This document shows positions 10,187-22,041 of a DNA stretch of 64,000 nucleotides, piece after piece. Position 1 is the stretch's first letter; each line of letters opens with the position of its first letter. This DNA is from Polyangiales bacterium (lineage in GTDB: Bacteria > Myxococcota_A > Polyangia > Polyangiales > Ga0077539), in NCBI GenBank assembly GCA_046351535.1, contig JAXLYG010000023.1:64001-128000 (forward strand), read 5' to 3'. The notes beneath the pieces were generated by a model. It searched no databases. It saw only the letters and a list, made by a program, of their open reading frames with translations, and was not told the origin of the DNA. The translations under genes were made by a program, and so were the position numbers.

Positions 10187-11062
10187 TCAGCCCGCGCGGG
10201 GCGCGTTCATGAGCCGCGCGATGCGCTCTTCGAGGGGCGGGTGCGAGGCGAAGAGGCGCGCGATTCCGCCGCCGTGGATGCCGAACGCGGTCATCGACTC
10301 GGGGAGGTCGGCGCGCTCTTCGACGCTTCGAAGGGCCTGGAGCGCGCTCGCCATCGCGCGGGGGCTCGTGAGCGACGCACCGCCCGCGTCGGCCCTGAAC
10401 TCCCGGTAGCGGCTGAACCACGCGACCACGAGCGACGCGCCGAGGCCGAGGAGAAGCTGCGTGACCATCACCACGAGCCCGTACGCGAGGCCCCCACGGT
10501 GGCTCCGCTCATCGCGCGAGATCGCGGCGTCGACCACGGAGCCGATCACCCGCGACAGGAAGATCACGAAGGTGTTGAGCACCCCCTGGAGGAGCGAGAG
10601 CGTCACCATGTCTCCGTTCGCCGCGTGCGACACCTCGTGGCCGAGCACCGCGGCCACCTCCTCGCGTCGCATCACGCGCAGGAGCCCGGTGCTCACGGCG
10701 ACGAGCGAGCTGTTCGCGCTCCACCCCGTGGCGAAGGCGTTGGGGTCGGGCGAGTCGTAGATCCCCACCTCGGGCATCTCGATGCCCGCGCGCTGCGAGA
10801 GCCCGCGCACGGTCTCGACGAGCCAGTGCTCCGACTCGTTGCCCGCGCGCTCGATCACGCGCACGCCGAGGCTCCACTTCGCCATCGTCTTCGAGAGCAG
10901 GAGCGAGACGAAGGACCCGCCGAAGCCGAGCACGACGGAGTACGCGAAGAGGTTCGTCCACTGCCCCGACGGAACCACCCCTGACGCTTCGAGCCCGAAG
11001 AACACCACGCCGAGGAGCAGCGACACGGCGAGGTTCGTGACGATGAGCAACAGGATTCGCAT
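10187..11062 (-). CDS. htpX: M48 family zinc metalloprotease HtpX
   Basis: Hydrophobic N-terminus MRILLLIVTNLAVSLLLGVVFF, HEXXH-type motif LGHEVSHAANGD; 291 aa. Confidence 0.85.
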   Translation of the reverse strand: MRILLLIVTNLAVSLLLGVVFFGLEASGVVPSGQWTNLFAYSVVLGFGGSFVSLLLSKTMAKWSLGVRVIERAGNESEHWLVETVRGLSQRAGIEMPEVGIYDSPDPNAFATGWSANSSLVAVSTGLLRVMRREEVAAVLGHEVSHAANGDMVTLSLLQGVLNTFVIFLSRVIGSVVDAAISRDERSHRGGLAYGLVVMVTQLLLGLGASLVVAWFSRYREFRADAGGASLTSPRAMASALQALRSVEERADLPESMTAFGIHGGGIARLFASHPPLEERIARLMNAPRAG

Positions 11063-11115
11063 GGCCCGGCAACGTGGATGCGCCGACCTGCGCGGTCAAG
11101 GGCTCGTCGGCGTCG

Positions 11116-12168
11116 CTACCCGAGCTGCGCGAGCCAGCGATCGAGCTCGCCGACGATCACGCGCGGGGCCTTTCGAAGCGCCGCGACGTCGCGCGAACCC
11201 GTGAGGAGCATGATGGCCTTGAGCTCCTGCTCGACCTCGTCGAGAAAGCGCTCGGCGCCTTCGCGACCGCCTGCGCGCAGGGCCTTGAGCGTGGGCCTCG
11301 CGATGCCGCACGCCGTCGCGCCGAGCGCGATGGCGCGGGCCACGTCGGTCCCCGACGCGACGCCGCCCGTGGCGATCACCGTGTCGAAGCCCAGCGGCGC
11401 CGAGAGCGCGACGCTCGCCCCCGTGGGAACGCCCCAGTCCCAGAGCGCCTCTCCGAGCCGCCGCGCGGCACCCTCTGCGCGGAGCGTCTCGACGCCCACC
11501 CACGAGGTGCCACCGGCACCCGACACGTCGAGGTGCTTCACGCCCGCCGCGCGGAGCTTTCTCGCCGCCGCGGGGCTGATCCCATTGCCCGTCTCCTTCG
11601 CGACGACGGGCACGCCGAGCTCGCTCGTAAGCCGCTCGAAGAGGGGAACGCCGTCGCGAAAATCTCGGTCTCCGCCGGGCTGAACGAGCTCCATCGCGGG
11701 GTTGAGGTGGACGCAGAGCGCGTCGGCGCCCACGTCGGTCGCGAGCGCGCGGAGGCTCTCGGTCGACATGGTCCGCGCCTGCACGAGCCCCACGTTGCCG
11801 AGGATGAGCGTCGTCGGAGCCGCCTCTCGAACGGCGTAGGTCCACGCCACGTCGGCGCTGCGGTGCATCGCGCGCTGGCTCCCGAGGCCGAAGCCGTAGC
11901 CCCTTCGCTCGGCCACCTCGGCGAGCACGCGGTTGACGTCGGCGGCCTCCCCCGTTCCGCCGGTCATGGCCGCGATGATGATGGGCGCGCGGAGCCTCTT
12001 GCCGAGGACGGTCACCGACGTGTCGACGTCGTCGAGGGAGAGCTCGGGCAACGCGTCGTGCACGAGCTTCACGCACTCGAGCAGCGTGGTCCGATCGCGG
12101 AAGCCCACCTCGCCCGTGGCGCAGAGCTCGAGGTGATCACGCTTGCGCTGCCCGATGTCGGTGCTCAT
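11116..12168 (-). CDS. fni: isopentenyl-diphosphate delta-isomerase type 2 (FMN-dependent)
   Basis: MSTDIGQRKRDHLEL N-terminus and a Gly-rich FMN-binding TIM-barrel region (GGTSWV); 350 aa. Confidence 0.85.
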   Translation of the reverse strand: MSTDIGQRKRDHLELCATGEVGFRDRTTLLECVKLVHDALPELSLDDVDTSVTVLGKRLRAPIIIAAMTGGTGEAADVNRVLAEVAERRGYGFGLGSQRAMHRSADVAWTYAVREAAPTTLILGNVGLVQARTMSTESLRALATDVGADALCVHLNPAMELVQPGGDRDFRDGVPLFERLTSELGVPVVAKETGNGISPAAARKLRAAGVKHLDVSGAGGTSWVGVETLRAEGAARRLGEALWDWGVPTGASVALSAPLGFDTVIATGGVASGTDVARAIALGATACGIARPTLKALRAGGREGAERFLDEVEQELKAIMLLTGSRDVAALRKAPRVIVGELDRWLAQLG

Positions 12169-12235
12169 GACCGACGGTCGCTACTACATCTCACGCGCGA
12201 GTGGAACCCGCCGCGCTCGCGACAGCGACGCTCGT

Positions 12236-13978
<1,743 letters not shown>

Positions 13979-14228
13979 GGGTGCAACCTGTGGGAGGGCG
14001 TCGAGAAATCCCCGTCACGCAGCGCGCGACGCGGAGGGTGGGATCCTACGTCAACACCGCGGCCACGCGCACGTTGGCTGCGACGAGGTGGCGGGCCGCC
14101 ACCCCTCCGCCACCCCATCCGCCACCCTTTCCGCCACCCCCCTCTCTGACGAAACACTGGTTTCAAAGGCATTTCGAGCGACGGCACGGGGCGTGAGACC
14201 CGGTGTGTCCCCAACGGAGGACACGACA

Positions 14229-15746
14229 TTGCTCGCCACCACGCATGCCAGCACGCTCATCGGTCTCGAGGCGCATCCCGTTCAGGTCGAGGTCGACGTC
14301 GCGCGCGGACTTCCCGCGTTCGACCTCGTGGGACTCGCCGAAGCCGCCGTGAAGGAATCACGCACGCGGGTCCGCGCCGCGCTCGAACAGTCAGGGTTCC
14401 CGTTTCCGCTACGGAGGGTGACGGTGAACCTCGCGCCCGCGGACCTGCGCAAGGCGGGCACGGGCTTCGACCTCGCCATCGCCATCGCCACGCTCGCCGC
14501 CGCGGGCGAGTGCGGCGTCGACCAGCTCGACGCGTGGCTCCTCCTCGGAGAGCTGTCGCTCACGGGCGGCCTCCGAGGCATCCGCGGCGTGCTCCCGCAG
14601 TGCCTCGCGGCGCGAGAGCGGGGCTTTCGCGGCGTCATCGTCGCGACGGAGAACGCCGCCGAGGCCGCGGTGGTGGAGAACATCGAGGTGCGCCACGCCG
14701 AAGGGCTCCGCGAGGTGTGCGAGTTCCTCTCGGGGCGCGGCGAGCTCCCCCTCGCGCCGCAGACGAAGGTCTCGCTCGACGACGCCGAGACTGACATGGG
14801 CGCGCGCATCGACCTCCGCGACGTGCGCGGTCAGGAGCAGGCCAAGCGCGCCTTCGAGATCGCCGCCGCGGGTGGCCACAACGTGCTCCTCGTGGGCCCA
14901 CCCGGCGCGGGCAAGACGCTGCTCTCTCGCGCGCTGCCGGGGCTCCTCCCGCCGCTCTCGCTGCGCGAGGCGATGGAGGTCACCGCGGTTCACTCCGTCG
15001 CGGGGATGCTCCGTCCGCGCGTGGCGCTCTTGCGAGAGCGTCCGTATCGGGCGCCGCATCACACGGCGAGCGCGGTGGGACTCGTGGGCGGAGGCGATCC
15101 GCCGAGACCGGGCGAGATCGCGCTCGCGCACCACGGCGTGCTCTTTCTCGACGAGCTCCCCGAGTTCCCGAGGGAGAGCCTCGAAGCGCTGCGAGAGCCG
15201 CTCGAAGAGGGGCACGTCACGATCGTGCGAGCGCGCAACCGCGCGAGCTATCCCGCGCGCTTCACGCTCATCGCGGCGATGAACCCGTGCCCCTGCGGCT
15301 GGCACGGCGATCCCTCCGACCGCTGCCAGTGCCCCGAGGAGCGCGTGCGACGATATCGCGCGCGCGTCTCGGGACCGCTCCTCGACCGCATCGACCTCTA
15401 CGTCGCGCTCCCTCCGTCGAACGTGGTCAACCTCGACGAGCCTCCGTCGGGCCCCACGAGCGCCGAGGTTCGCGCGCGCGTCGCGACGGCGCGTCTGCTC
15501 CAGGTCGCCCGCACGGGAGACACCAACGCGAGGCTCTCGGTGCGATCACTGCGCGAGGTCGTCGAGCTCGACGCCGTGGGTCAGCGCCTGCTCACGAACG
15601 CGGCCGATCGGTTGAGCCTCAGCGCTCGCGCGGTTCATCGCGTCTTGAAGGTCGCGCGCACGGTGGCCGACCTCGACGGCTCGGTGCGCGTCGAGGCCCA
15701 CCACCTCGCGGAGGCCGTGGCCTACCGCGCGCCGACGGGGGTGTAG
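14229..15746 (+). CDS. YifB/ComM family Mg-chelatase-like AAA+ ATPase
   Basis: Proposed TTG start giving LLATTHASTLIGLEAHPVQVEVDVARGLP (typical ComM N-terminus). Walker A LLVGPPGAGKT. The ORF track begins at 13953 but overlaps the divergent kinase. Confidence 0.75.
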   Translation: MLATTHASTLIGLEAHPVQVEVDVARGLPAFDLVGLAEAAVKESRTRVRAALEQSGFPFPLRRVTVNLAPADLRKAGTGFDLAIAIATLAAAGECGVDQLDAWLLLGELSLTGGLRGIRGVLPQCLAARERGFRGVIVATENAAEAAVVENIEVRHAEGLREVCEFLSGRGELPLAPQTKVSLDDAETDMGARIDLRDVRGQEQAKRAFEIAAAGGHNVLLVGPPGAGKTLLSRALPGLLPPLSLREAMEVTAVHSVAGMLRPRVALLRERPYRAPHHTASAVGLVGGGDPPRPGEIALAHHGVLFLDELPEFPRESLEALREPLEEGHVTIVRARNRASYPARFTLIAAMNPCPCGWHGDPSDRCQCPEERVRRYRARVSGPLLDRIDLYVALPPSNVVNLDEPPSGPTSAEVRARVATARLLQVARTGDTNARLSVRSLREVVELDAVGQRLLTNAADRLSLSARAVHRVLKVARTVADLDGSVRVEAHHLAEAVAYRAPTGV

Positions 15747-15751
15747 TTCGC

Positions 15752-16051
15752 ATGGGCGCCGAGACGATCGCGGAGTTCGCGGTGGGGCTCTCCGAAGACG
15801 ACGTGAGCACCCTCCGCGCGTGGCTCTCGACCTTCGGTGACGAGGCTGACGGAGACGAGGTGAAGGCGCGCGTGAAGCTGCTTCTTTCGCTGCGCGCGGA
15901 GCATCCGACGAGGCCGTCGCTCGATGCGATGCTCGACGAGCCGATGGCGCGCGCGGTGCTCAACGCGTCGATCGAGGGGAGACCTGGCGTGATGAAGCGC
16001 TACCGACGCTGGTGCGCGCGCGCACGGCGGGCTCGATCGCGCGACCGATAG
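15752..16051 (+). CDS. small hypothetical protein
   Basis: ATG 6 nt after the ComM stop. Open 100 codons with high GC3 (MGAETIAEFAVGLSEDDVSTLRAWL...). Confidence 0.3.
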   Translation: MGAETIAEFAVGLSEDDVSTLRAWLSTFGDEADGDEVKARVKLLLSLRAEHPTRPSLDAMLDEPMARAVLNASIEGRPGVMKRYRRWCARARRARSRDR

Positions 16052-16220
16052 CGCGCGGAGCGGGCGGCGGCGGCATCGGGGCGTTGGAGTGCGCATCCAC
16101 CGTGCGCCCTATCCGACATCCTTCCACACGGCGTCGGCCATCTCGCCGAGCACCTCGTCGAGGTGGCCTTCGAACACCCGCTCTCATCGCCCGCGCGAAG
16201 CGTGATCGCGCCGTGGACGC

Positions 16221-18425
16221 CTACACGACGACGAGCGCGCCGTCTCCGTCGGACTCCTGCGAGCGGGCGGAGCCGTCGTCGCCGAAGGTGGTCCGCGTGG
16301 CGTGCCAGCGTACGGGCTTCGAGGCGTCGGCGCGGGGGCGCATCGCGACGCAGCGCGCGCGGTCGTCGTCACCGCGAAACACCTTGCGTACGGGCTCGTC
16401 AGCGCCCTCGACGGTGATCGTCACCTCGTCGGCGAGGGCCCCGCGCGAGCCCGGCGGCCCGTCGAGCAGCACGACCTCGAACGCCACCACGTCGCGGTCG
16501 ACCTCGGGGAACACGAGCACCGTGCCCTCGACCTCGGCCCAGGCGCCCGCTTCGACCCTGCCGTCGCCCCACTCGCGCGTGACGCGGTAGCGCCAGTTCG
16601 ATGTCGACGCGTCGAGACGTTGGAGCACCGCGCTCCGCAGCGCGCGATCGGCGCCCTCCCAACGCTCGACGCGCGCGTGGTTGAAGCCCGACGCGGGCTC
16701 CTCGCGGCGCATCTCGACGCCGATCGCGACCACGTCGTCGCCGTCGACCGGCACCAGCGTGATGCGCAGCGGGTCGCGCCACGGCGCGTCGAGGAGCACC
16801 ACGTCGTCGTCGAGCGAGCGCGCCGCGTCGGTCCACGTGGGCTCGCCCTCGCGGCCGCGCCAGGTGACGGTGAGGCGCGCGTCGGCGGCGCGCTCGCGGG
16901 GATAGCGCAGCGTCACCTCGGCGCCAGGAGCGCGGAGCGTGAAGTCGCGATCGAGGCGCGACTCGCCCGCGCAGCGTACGCGCGCCTCGACGGCGCGCAC
17001 CACCGACCAGTCGACGCGTCCCGCCACCAGCCGCCAGCGCGCGAGGGGGAGCACGTCTTCGATCGACGCGACCAGGAGCGCCCCGGAGCCACGCTGCCAC
17101 TCGGACTGGCGCGGCCACGCGAGGTCGGCGCTCGTGACGGAGACCCTCCATCGAAAGCCGCGGTCTCCCGGCACGGCCACGGTGACCGCGCCTGCGCGCT
17201 CGGTCGGGGTGAGCATCGCTTCGTGGCGCGGCGGGGTGGCGTCGCCCTCGCGGTCCCACTCGACGGTGAGGGCCACTGCGCCGACGCCGAGCGCGCCGAG
17301 GTCATCGGTGATCTGGTACTCGAAGTCGGTGCGTTGAAAGAACACGTCTCGGTCGTCGAGCTCGCGCACGAGCCCGTGCGACGCGCCGGGGTCGACGCTT
17401 TCGAGGAGCGCCGCGGAGGCCGCGTGCCAGACCCGCATCGCCACGCGCTCGGTGAAGCGCCAGCGCGCGCGCTCTTCGAGGCCCTGGAGGTTCTGCCGCA
17501 GCGAGAAGCGAAGCGCTCCGTAGCCCGTGGGCGCCCCTCCGCCCACGGCCACCTCGGGCGGCGCGGGCATGGCTTCGAAGAACATGCGCACCATGTCTTC
17601 GCCGACGCGCCGCAGCGCCTCGGCGCGCGCCCCCTCGGCCTCGCCCCTGCCATCGACCACGCGCACGTGAAAGAGCTCCGTCGAGGCCATCTCGTCGAGG
17701 GTGGCCTGCACCTTCGCCTGCGCCCACTTCGACGTGAACGACGCCATCGCCGAGAGGCGCTCCCGCGCGCCGTGCAGGTCGACCTCGACCTCGATGCCGA
17801 GCGGCGCCGCGAGGCCGACGAACTCCAGCTCGTAGAGCAGCGCCCCGGGCAGCCCTCGCGCCTGGAGCATCGCGCGACAGAGGGACGCTCCCGCCTCGTC
17901 GAGCCGCGCGCTGAACACCGCGCCGAGGTCGCCCGTGAGCGAAGGCGTCGTCTCTGCGATGACCACCGGGGGAGGCCCATCGGGCGCGCCCGGCTCGGCG
18001 GCCTCGCGCCAGCCCACGACGCGCGCGTGCCCTCGGGTGAACCCGGGGGACAGCACCTGGGGCGAGGCGAGGCCGCGCGCGCGCAGAACGCCGCGAAGCG
18101 CTTCCACGGCTTCGGGGGAGAGCGAGAGCGCGCTCTCCATCTGGAGCCATCCCCCCGCGAGGCGAGGCCGCGACGCGCGGAACAGCACCAGCGAGGCGCG
18201 CGCACCGCCCCCTGCCGCGGGTCTCAGCGTCGGCACCGAGGGGAGCGCGTACCAGCGCGCGGGGTCCGCGTGGTCGGGCAGGAGTGTCGTTGAACCGACG
18301 GTGATCGTCGGAGCGCTCAGGTCGATCAAGGCAACACCGCTCCCATCTGCCTCGAGGCGCCGCGCGCAGACGTCGACGGTCTGGCGCGCAAAGCTACGCT
18401 TGCCAGAGGGGCGCGACCCGCGCAA
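16221..18425 (-). CDS. paralog P1 of uncharacterized large-protein family (short subfamily)
   Basis: Motif LLPDHADPARWYALPS plus LYELEFVGLAAPLGIEVEVDLH block shared with the other paralogs. Closest to P7. Start uncertain; possibly an internal GTG/TTG near 18335. Confidence 0.6.
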   Translation of the reverse strand: MRGSRPSGKRSFARQTVDVCARRLEADGSGVALIDLSAPTITVGSTTLLPDHADPARWYALPSVPTLRPAAGGGARASLVLFRASRPRLAGGWLQMESALSLSPEAVEALRGVLRARGLASPQVLSPGFTRGHARVVGWREAAEPGAPDGPPPVVIAETTPSLTGDLGAVFSARLDEAGASLCRAMLQARGLPGALLYELEFVGLAAPLGIEVEVDLHGARERLSAMASFTSKWAQAKVQATLDEMASTELFHVRVVDGRGEAEGARAEALRRVGEDMVRMFFEAMPAPPEVAVGGGAPTGYGALRFSLRQNLQGLEERARWRFTERVAMRVWHAASAALLESVDPGASHGLVRELDDRDVFFQRTDFEYQITDDLGALGVGAVALTVEWDREGDATPPRHEAMLTPTERAGAVTVAVPGDRGFRWRVSVTSADLAWPRQSEWQRGSGALLVASIEDVLPLARWRLVAGRVDWSVVRAVEARVRCAGESRLDRDFTLRAPGAEVTLRYPRERAADARLTVTWRGREGEPTWTDAARSLDDDVVLLDAPWRDPLRITLVPVDGDDVVAIGVEMRREEPASGFNHARVERWEGADRALRSAVLQRLDASTSNWRYRVTREWGDGRVEAGAWAEVEGTVLVFPEVDRDVVAFEVVLLDGPPGSRGALADEVTITVEGADEPVRKVFRGDDDRARCVAMRPRADASKPVRWHATRTTFGDDGSARSQESDGDGALVVV

Positions 18426-18467
18426 GACTGCGCGTCACATCGCATCACCGCAGGGGAGTCACCGCCG

Positions 18468-21065
18468 ATGCTGTTCGCGGATCCTGTCGCCACCGTACAG
18501 GGGCTGACCATCTTTCGGGATTGGTCTAACAAGGGCCAGTATTACTACCTCCCGCCGGAGGTGCCGCGCCTCGCGAAGGTGCCGGGCGACGAGCGTCGAT
18601 ACGCGCTGCGCCTCACGCTCTGGCGCCGCGACCTCAGCGAGACCGCGCCGCAAGGCATGGACGACGTGGGGGGCTTCCTCGACTTCGACGTCGACCTCGG
18701 CGTGTCGGACAAGACCATCGAGGCGGCGACGCGAGAGCTCGAGCAGAAGATGGGCGGCACCGTGGTGCTCGCGCAGGCGCCCTTCCTCGACGGCGAGGTC
18801 GACCTCACCATCCTCGGGCGCCGCAGCACCGACGAGGCGAGCGCCGACTCGCAGTTCGTACGCCGCGTGCTGGGCTCCTCGCGCCCGACGCTCTACGGCT
18901 CGCAGCGGGCGTCGTTCAGCGTGGTGCTCGACCGATCGGGCGCGGCCTTCATGCACGACGCGATCATGCAGGGCGGCGCGATGCACGCCATCGTGCGCTA
19001 CCGCCTCAAGTACTCGGCCATCAGCCCGGCGTACGCCCTCCACGTGAAGATCCACCAGGAGAAGTGCCTCGAGCACCTCGCCTGGCGCCTCGGCCTCAGC
19101 GTGGGAACGGGGAGCGGCAACACGACGGCCGGAAGCACCCGCGACACCGCCGCGAGCACCAGCGCGCAGACCACCGGCGCGAACACCGCGTCGACGACCT
19201 CGGGCACCAACTCCAGCAACACGTCGAACAGCGCGCAGACCGGCAACACGTCGAGCACGGCCTTCATGGCGAAGGCCTCGCTCAGCCAGGTGATCGACGA
19301 GCTGAGGGAGAAGCGCGCCATCGAGATCAACGAGAGCGACTTCGTCGCCAGCGATCACCCGCAGACCGCGACCAACCAGGAGGCGATCAACACCATCATC
19401 GCGGGGCTCATGGGCTCCACGTGGTTCACGCCGTCGCTGACGCTCCCGTCTCAGCTCACCAACCTCACGAGCCAGCCCGCGGCGAACACGACGCCAACCA
19501 ACACGCCGACCACCAACACGCCGAACAGCTCGACGACGACCAACACGCCGAACAGCTCCACGACGACCAACACGCCGAACAGCTCGACGACGACCCCCAC
19601 CGATACGAAGACCACCACCGCCACCAGCACGAAGGACAGCTCGAGCAACCAGTCGAAGAACTCGCAGCTCACGGCGAGCGTCGAGTTCAACCTCGAGATG
19701 GTCAAGCAGACCGAGCTCAGGGACGCCGAGTACGACCTGCGTACGAACAAGGCGATGCCCCACGAGATCTTTCCGCAAGGCGAGATCGTGCTCGACGTGC
19801 CCCCGGACGAGGCCGCGACGTACGTGCTCCTGGCGGACCTGCGCGACGACTTCTTCCAGAAGGTGCGCGTCCACGCGTCGACGACCGCGCAGTGGGAGCG
19901 CGACGGCATCGAGGCCATTCGCATCGAGCTCCGGTACGGCCCGCGGCCCGACGGCTCCTTCGCCATCTACGACGAGATCAAGCTCGTGCGCGACGCGGTC
20001 ACGGGCACCAAGGAGTTCTTCACGCTCCGCGACCGCGACAACGCCGACGGGCAGCCCCTGGTGCTCTGGTACGACTACCGCGTCACCACGCACTACCGCC
20101 CCGATGTGGCCCTCGGCGATCAGACCAGCGCCATCGTCAGCGTCGACGTGCCCGGCGCCACGCCCGACGGGTGGATCCGCGCCACCGCGCGCAACCTCGT
20201 GATCTCGCCGCGCGACGCGACGCCCGTACGCCCCGTGCGCCTCTCCGCGGGCCTGCTGCGCTTCGACCTCCTCGACGCCGTGCAGGTCGACGTGCGCTAC
20301 GACACGTTCCATCAGACCTTCAGGCTGGTGGAGGGCAAGCACGACTATGACTTCGTGATCCGCCCTCGCCGCGGCGACCCGACGCCCGTCTTCGAAACGC
20401 GCGGCACGTTCATGTACAAAGACGGCGCGCGCGTCGAGCTCCAGCCGGCCACGTGGCGCCAGAACGAGGTCATCGTCGACGAGCTCCGCGAGCACGTCCT
20501 CCGGGTGCAGGTGATCGCCGCCGACCCCGAGAAGAAGTACGAGCGCATCCGCGTGTCGCTCCGCTACGAAGACGGCGAACACGTGGTCGAGCGCGACGTC
20601 GACCTCACGGAGGCGGCGCCCGTTCAGGACTGGTCGGTGCGCCTCGAGCACCCGACGAAGCGCGCGTACAAATACCGGGTCCTCTTGATCCCCAAGGGCG
20701 GCGTGCCCGTCGCCTCCGAGTGGAAGGACGGGACCGACACGCTCCTCGTCGTGGGCGTGCGCGCGATCGACGTCATCCCCATCACGGTGACGTACCTCGG
20801 GGAGTTCCCCGACCCCACGCTGCTCGCCCTCAAGATCGACCTCGAGTACCGCGACGACGCGAACAACATCTTGTGGTCGCGCGCCGAGCTCCTGCGCCAG
20901 AACACCCCGACATCGTTCGTCTGGCGCGTCCCCGTTCTCGACGTGAAGAAGCGCTCCTACCGCTGGCGCATCACGCCGTATCGCCCCGGCCGCGCGCCGC
21001 ACGCCCAACCCTGGAACGAAGACGAGACCAGCCCCGATCTCGTGATCATGCCGCCCACCGACTGA
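18468..21065 (+). CDS. paralog P2 of uncharacterized family, with T/N/S-rich low-complexity linker
   Basis: RBS GGGGAG 8 nt upstream. N-terminus MLFADPVATVQGLTIFRDWSNKGQYYYLPPEVP. Block VRYRLKYSAISPAYALHVKIHQEK. C-terminal beta modules (YRWRITPYRP). Confidence 0.7.
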   Translation: MLFADPVATVQGLTIFRDWSNKGQYYYLPPEVPRLAKVPGDERRYALRLTLWRRDLSETAPQGMDDVGGFLDFDVDLGVSDKTIEAATRELEQKMGGTVVLAQAPFLDGEVDLTILGRRSTDEASADSQFVRRVLGSSRPTLYGSQRASFSVVLDRSGAAFMHDAIMQGGAMHAIVRYRLKYSAISPAYALHVKIHQEKCLEHLAWRLGLSVGTGSGNTTAGSTRDTAASTSAQTTGANTASTTSGTNSSNTSNSAQTGNTSSTAFMAKASLSQVIDELREKRAIEINESDFVASDHPQTATNQEAINTIIAGLMGSTWFTPSLTLPSQLTNLTSQPAANTTPTNTPTTNTPNSSTTTNTPNSSTTTNTPNSSTTTPTDTKTTTATSTKDSSSNQSKNSQLTASVEFNLEMVKQTELRDAEYDLRTNKAMPHEIFPQGEIVLDVPPDEAATYVLLADLRDDFFQKVRVHASTTAQWERDGIEAIRIELRYGPRPDGSFAIYDEIKLVRDAVTGTKEFFTLRDRDNADGQPLVLWYDYRVTTHYRPDVALGDQTSAIVSVDVPGATPDGWIRATARNLVISPRDATPVRPVRLSAGLLRFDLLDAVQVDVRYDTFHQTFRLVEGKHDYDFVIRPRRGDPTPVFETRGTFMYKDGARVELQPATWRQNEVIVDELREHVLRVQVIAADPEKKYERIRVSLRYEDGEHVVERDVDLTEAAPVQDWSVRLEHPTKRAYKYRVLLIPKGGVPVASEWKDGTDTLLVVGVRAIDVIPITVTYLGEFPDPTLLALKIDLEYRDDANNILWSRAELLRQNTPTSFVWRVPVLDVKKRSYRWRITPYRPGRAPHAQPWNEDETSPDLVIMPPTD
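19513..19597. repeat. 27-bp tandem repeat x3 (TNTPNSSTT) inside P2 linker
   Basis: caacacgccgaacagctcgacgacgac repeated. Confidence 0.7.
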
Positions 21066-21069
21066 ACGC

Positions 21070-22041
21070 GTGGACGCGCTCCGCGACACGGTCTTCCACG
21101 TCGCGCTCCTCGCGGGCCTCGGGCGCTCGGCGCTCCCCCTCGCCACGGCCGTCGCCGATCGGGTGCGGGGGGTCTCCGCGCGCGGACGCTCGTGCCTCGA
21201 CGTCGGCGAGGCGCTCCAGTTCACCTCCCTCGCCCCCTCCGCGGACGCTCTCGAAATAGGCTTTCGCGCGAGCGCAGACCGCACCCCGCCGCGCCCCGTC
21301 GAGCACGTCTTCACGGCCGCCCAGGCCGACGCGCTGCGCCCTCGCCTCGCAGCGCTCGCGGCCGCGGACGCGCCCTGGGAGCACCCGCTGGGCACGTGGC
21401 TCTTCACCGACGCCTCGGGCCTGCGCGCGTGCGTCGACGTGCGCGGCGGCGCCCCCCGCGACGCGCTCGTGCGGGCCCTCGGGGTCTCCGGCGCGCACGG
21501 CCGCGACGCATCGCGAGCCACGGAGAGCCTCCTCGGCGCCGCGCAGCCGTGGACGCTCTCGCTCCCCGCCGATCCCGAACCCTCCGCCACCCTCTACTGG
21601 CTCTTGCACCGCGACCGCGACCCTGCGCGCACCCTCGCCGACGCGGGCTTCGCCGACGCGTGGCGCGTGCTCGAACCGACGCTGCGCGCGCTCCTCGGGA
21701 GGGTGCCCGACGCGTGGGCGGGGCCGTGGGTGTTCGGGCTCCCGACGGGCGCGTCGTCCGACGTGCTCAGCCTCGCCTCGGCGGGCTGGTCGCTCCTGCC
21801 CGACGACGAACGCAAGCGAGCGCCCTGGCTCGAGGCGGTCGCCGCGGTGAACGGCGACGTCTCCCGCGCCGACGCGCTCTGGAGCCTGTTGGTGGGAGGC
21901 GCCCCGTCGTCACATCGCAGGGTCGGTCGCGCGGTGGAGCTCACGCTCACGCGTGAAGGCGCCGTACGGCTCCGCGCCTACTTCGTCCCGAGGCTCACGG
22001 AGCCTTCGCGGCCACCAGGATCTCTGGCGCCGACGACGTGA
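21070..22041 (+). CDS. hypothetical protein co-transcribed with P2
   Basis: Starts 5 nt after the P2 stop. 323 aa of balanced composition with W/F/D/E present, unlike the R-rich alternative frames. Confidence 0.5.
   Translation: MDALRDTVFHVALLAGLGRSALPLATAVADRVRGVSARGRSCLDVGEALQFTSLAPSADALEIGFRASADRTPPRPVEHVFTAAQADALRPRLAALAAADAPWEHPLGTWLFTDASGLRACVDVRGGAPRDALVRALGVSGAHGRDASRATESLLGAAQPWTLSLPADPEPSATLYWLLHRDRDPARTLADAGFADAWRVLEPTLRALLGRVPDAWAGPWVFGLPTGASSDVLSLASAGWSLLPDDERKRAPWLEAVAAVNGDVSRADALWSLLVGGAPSSHRRVGRAVELTLTREGAVRLRAYFVPRLTEPSRPPGSLAPTT

Noticed and set aside
16302-18293. 663-aa + ORF antisense to paralog P1, and 18459..21590 (-, 1043 aa) antisense to P2
   Set aside because: Arg-rich composition with no conserved blocks. 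The opposite strands carry the family-defining motifs.
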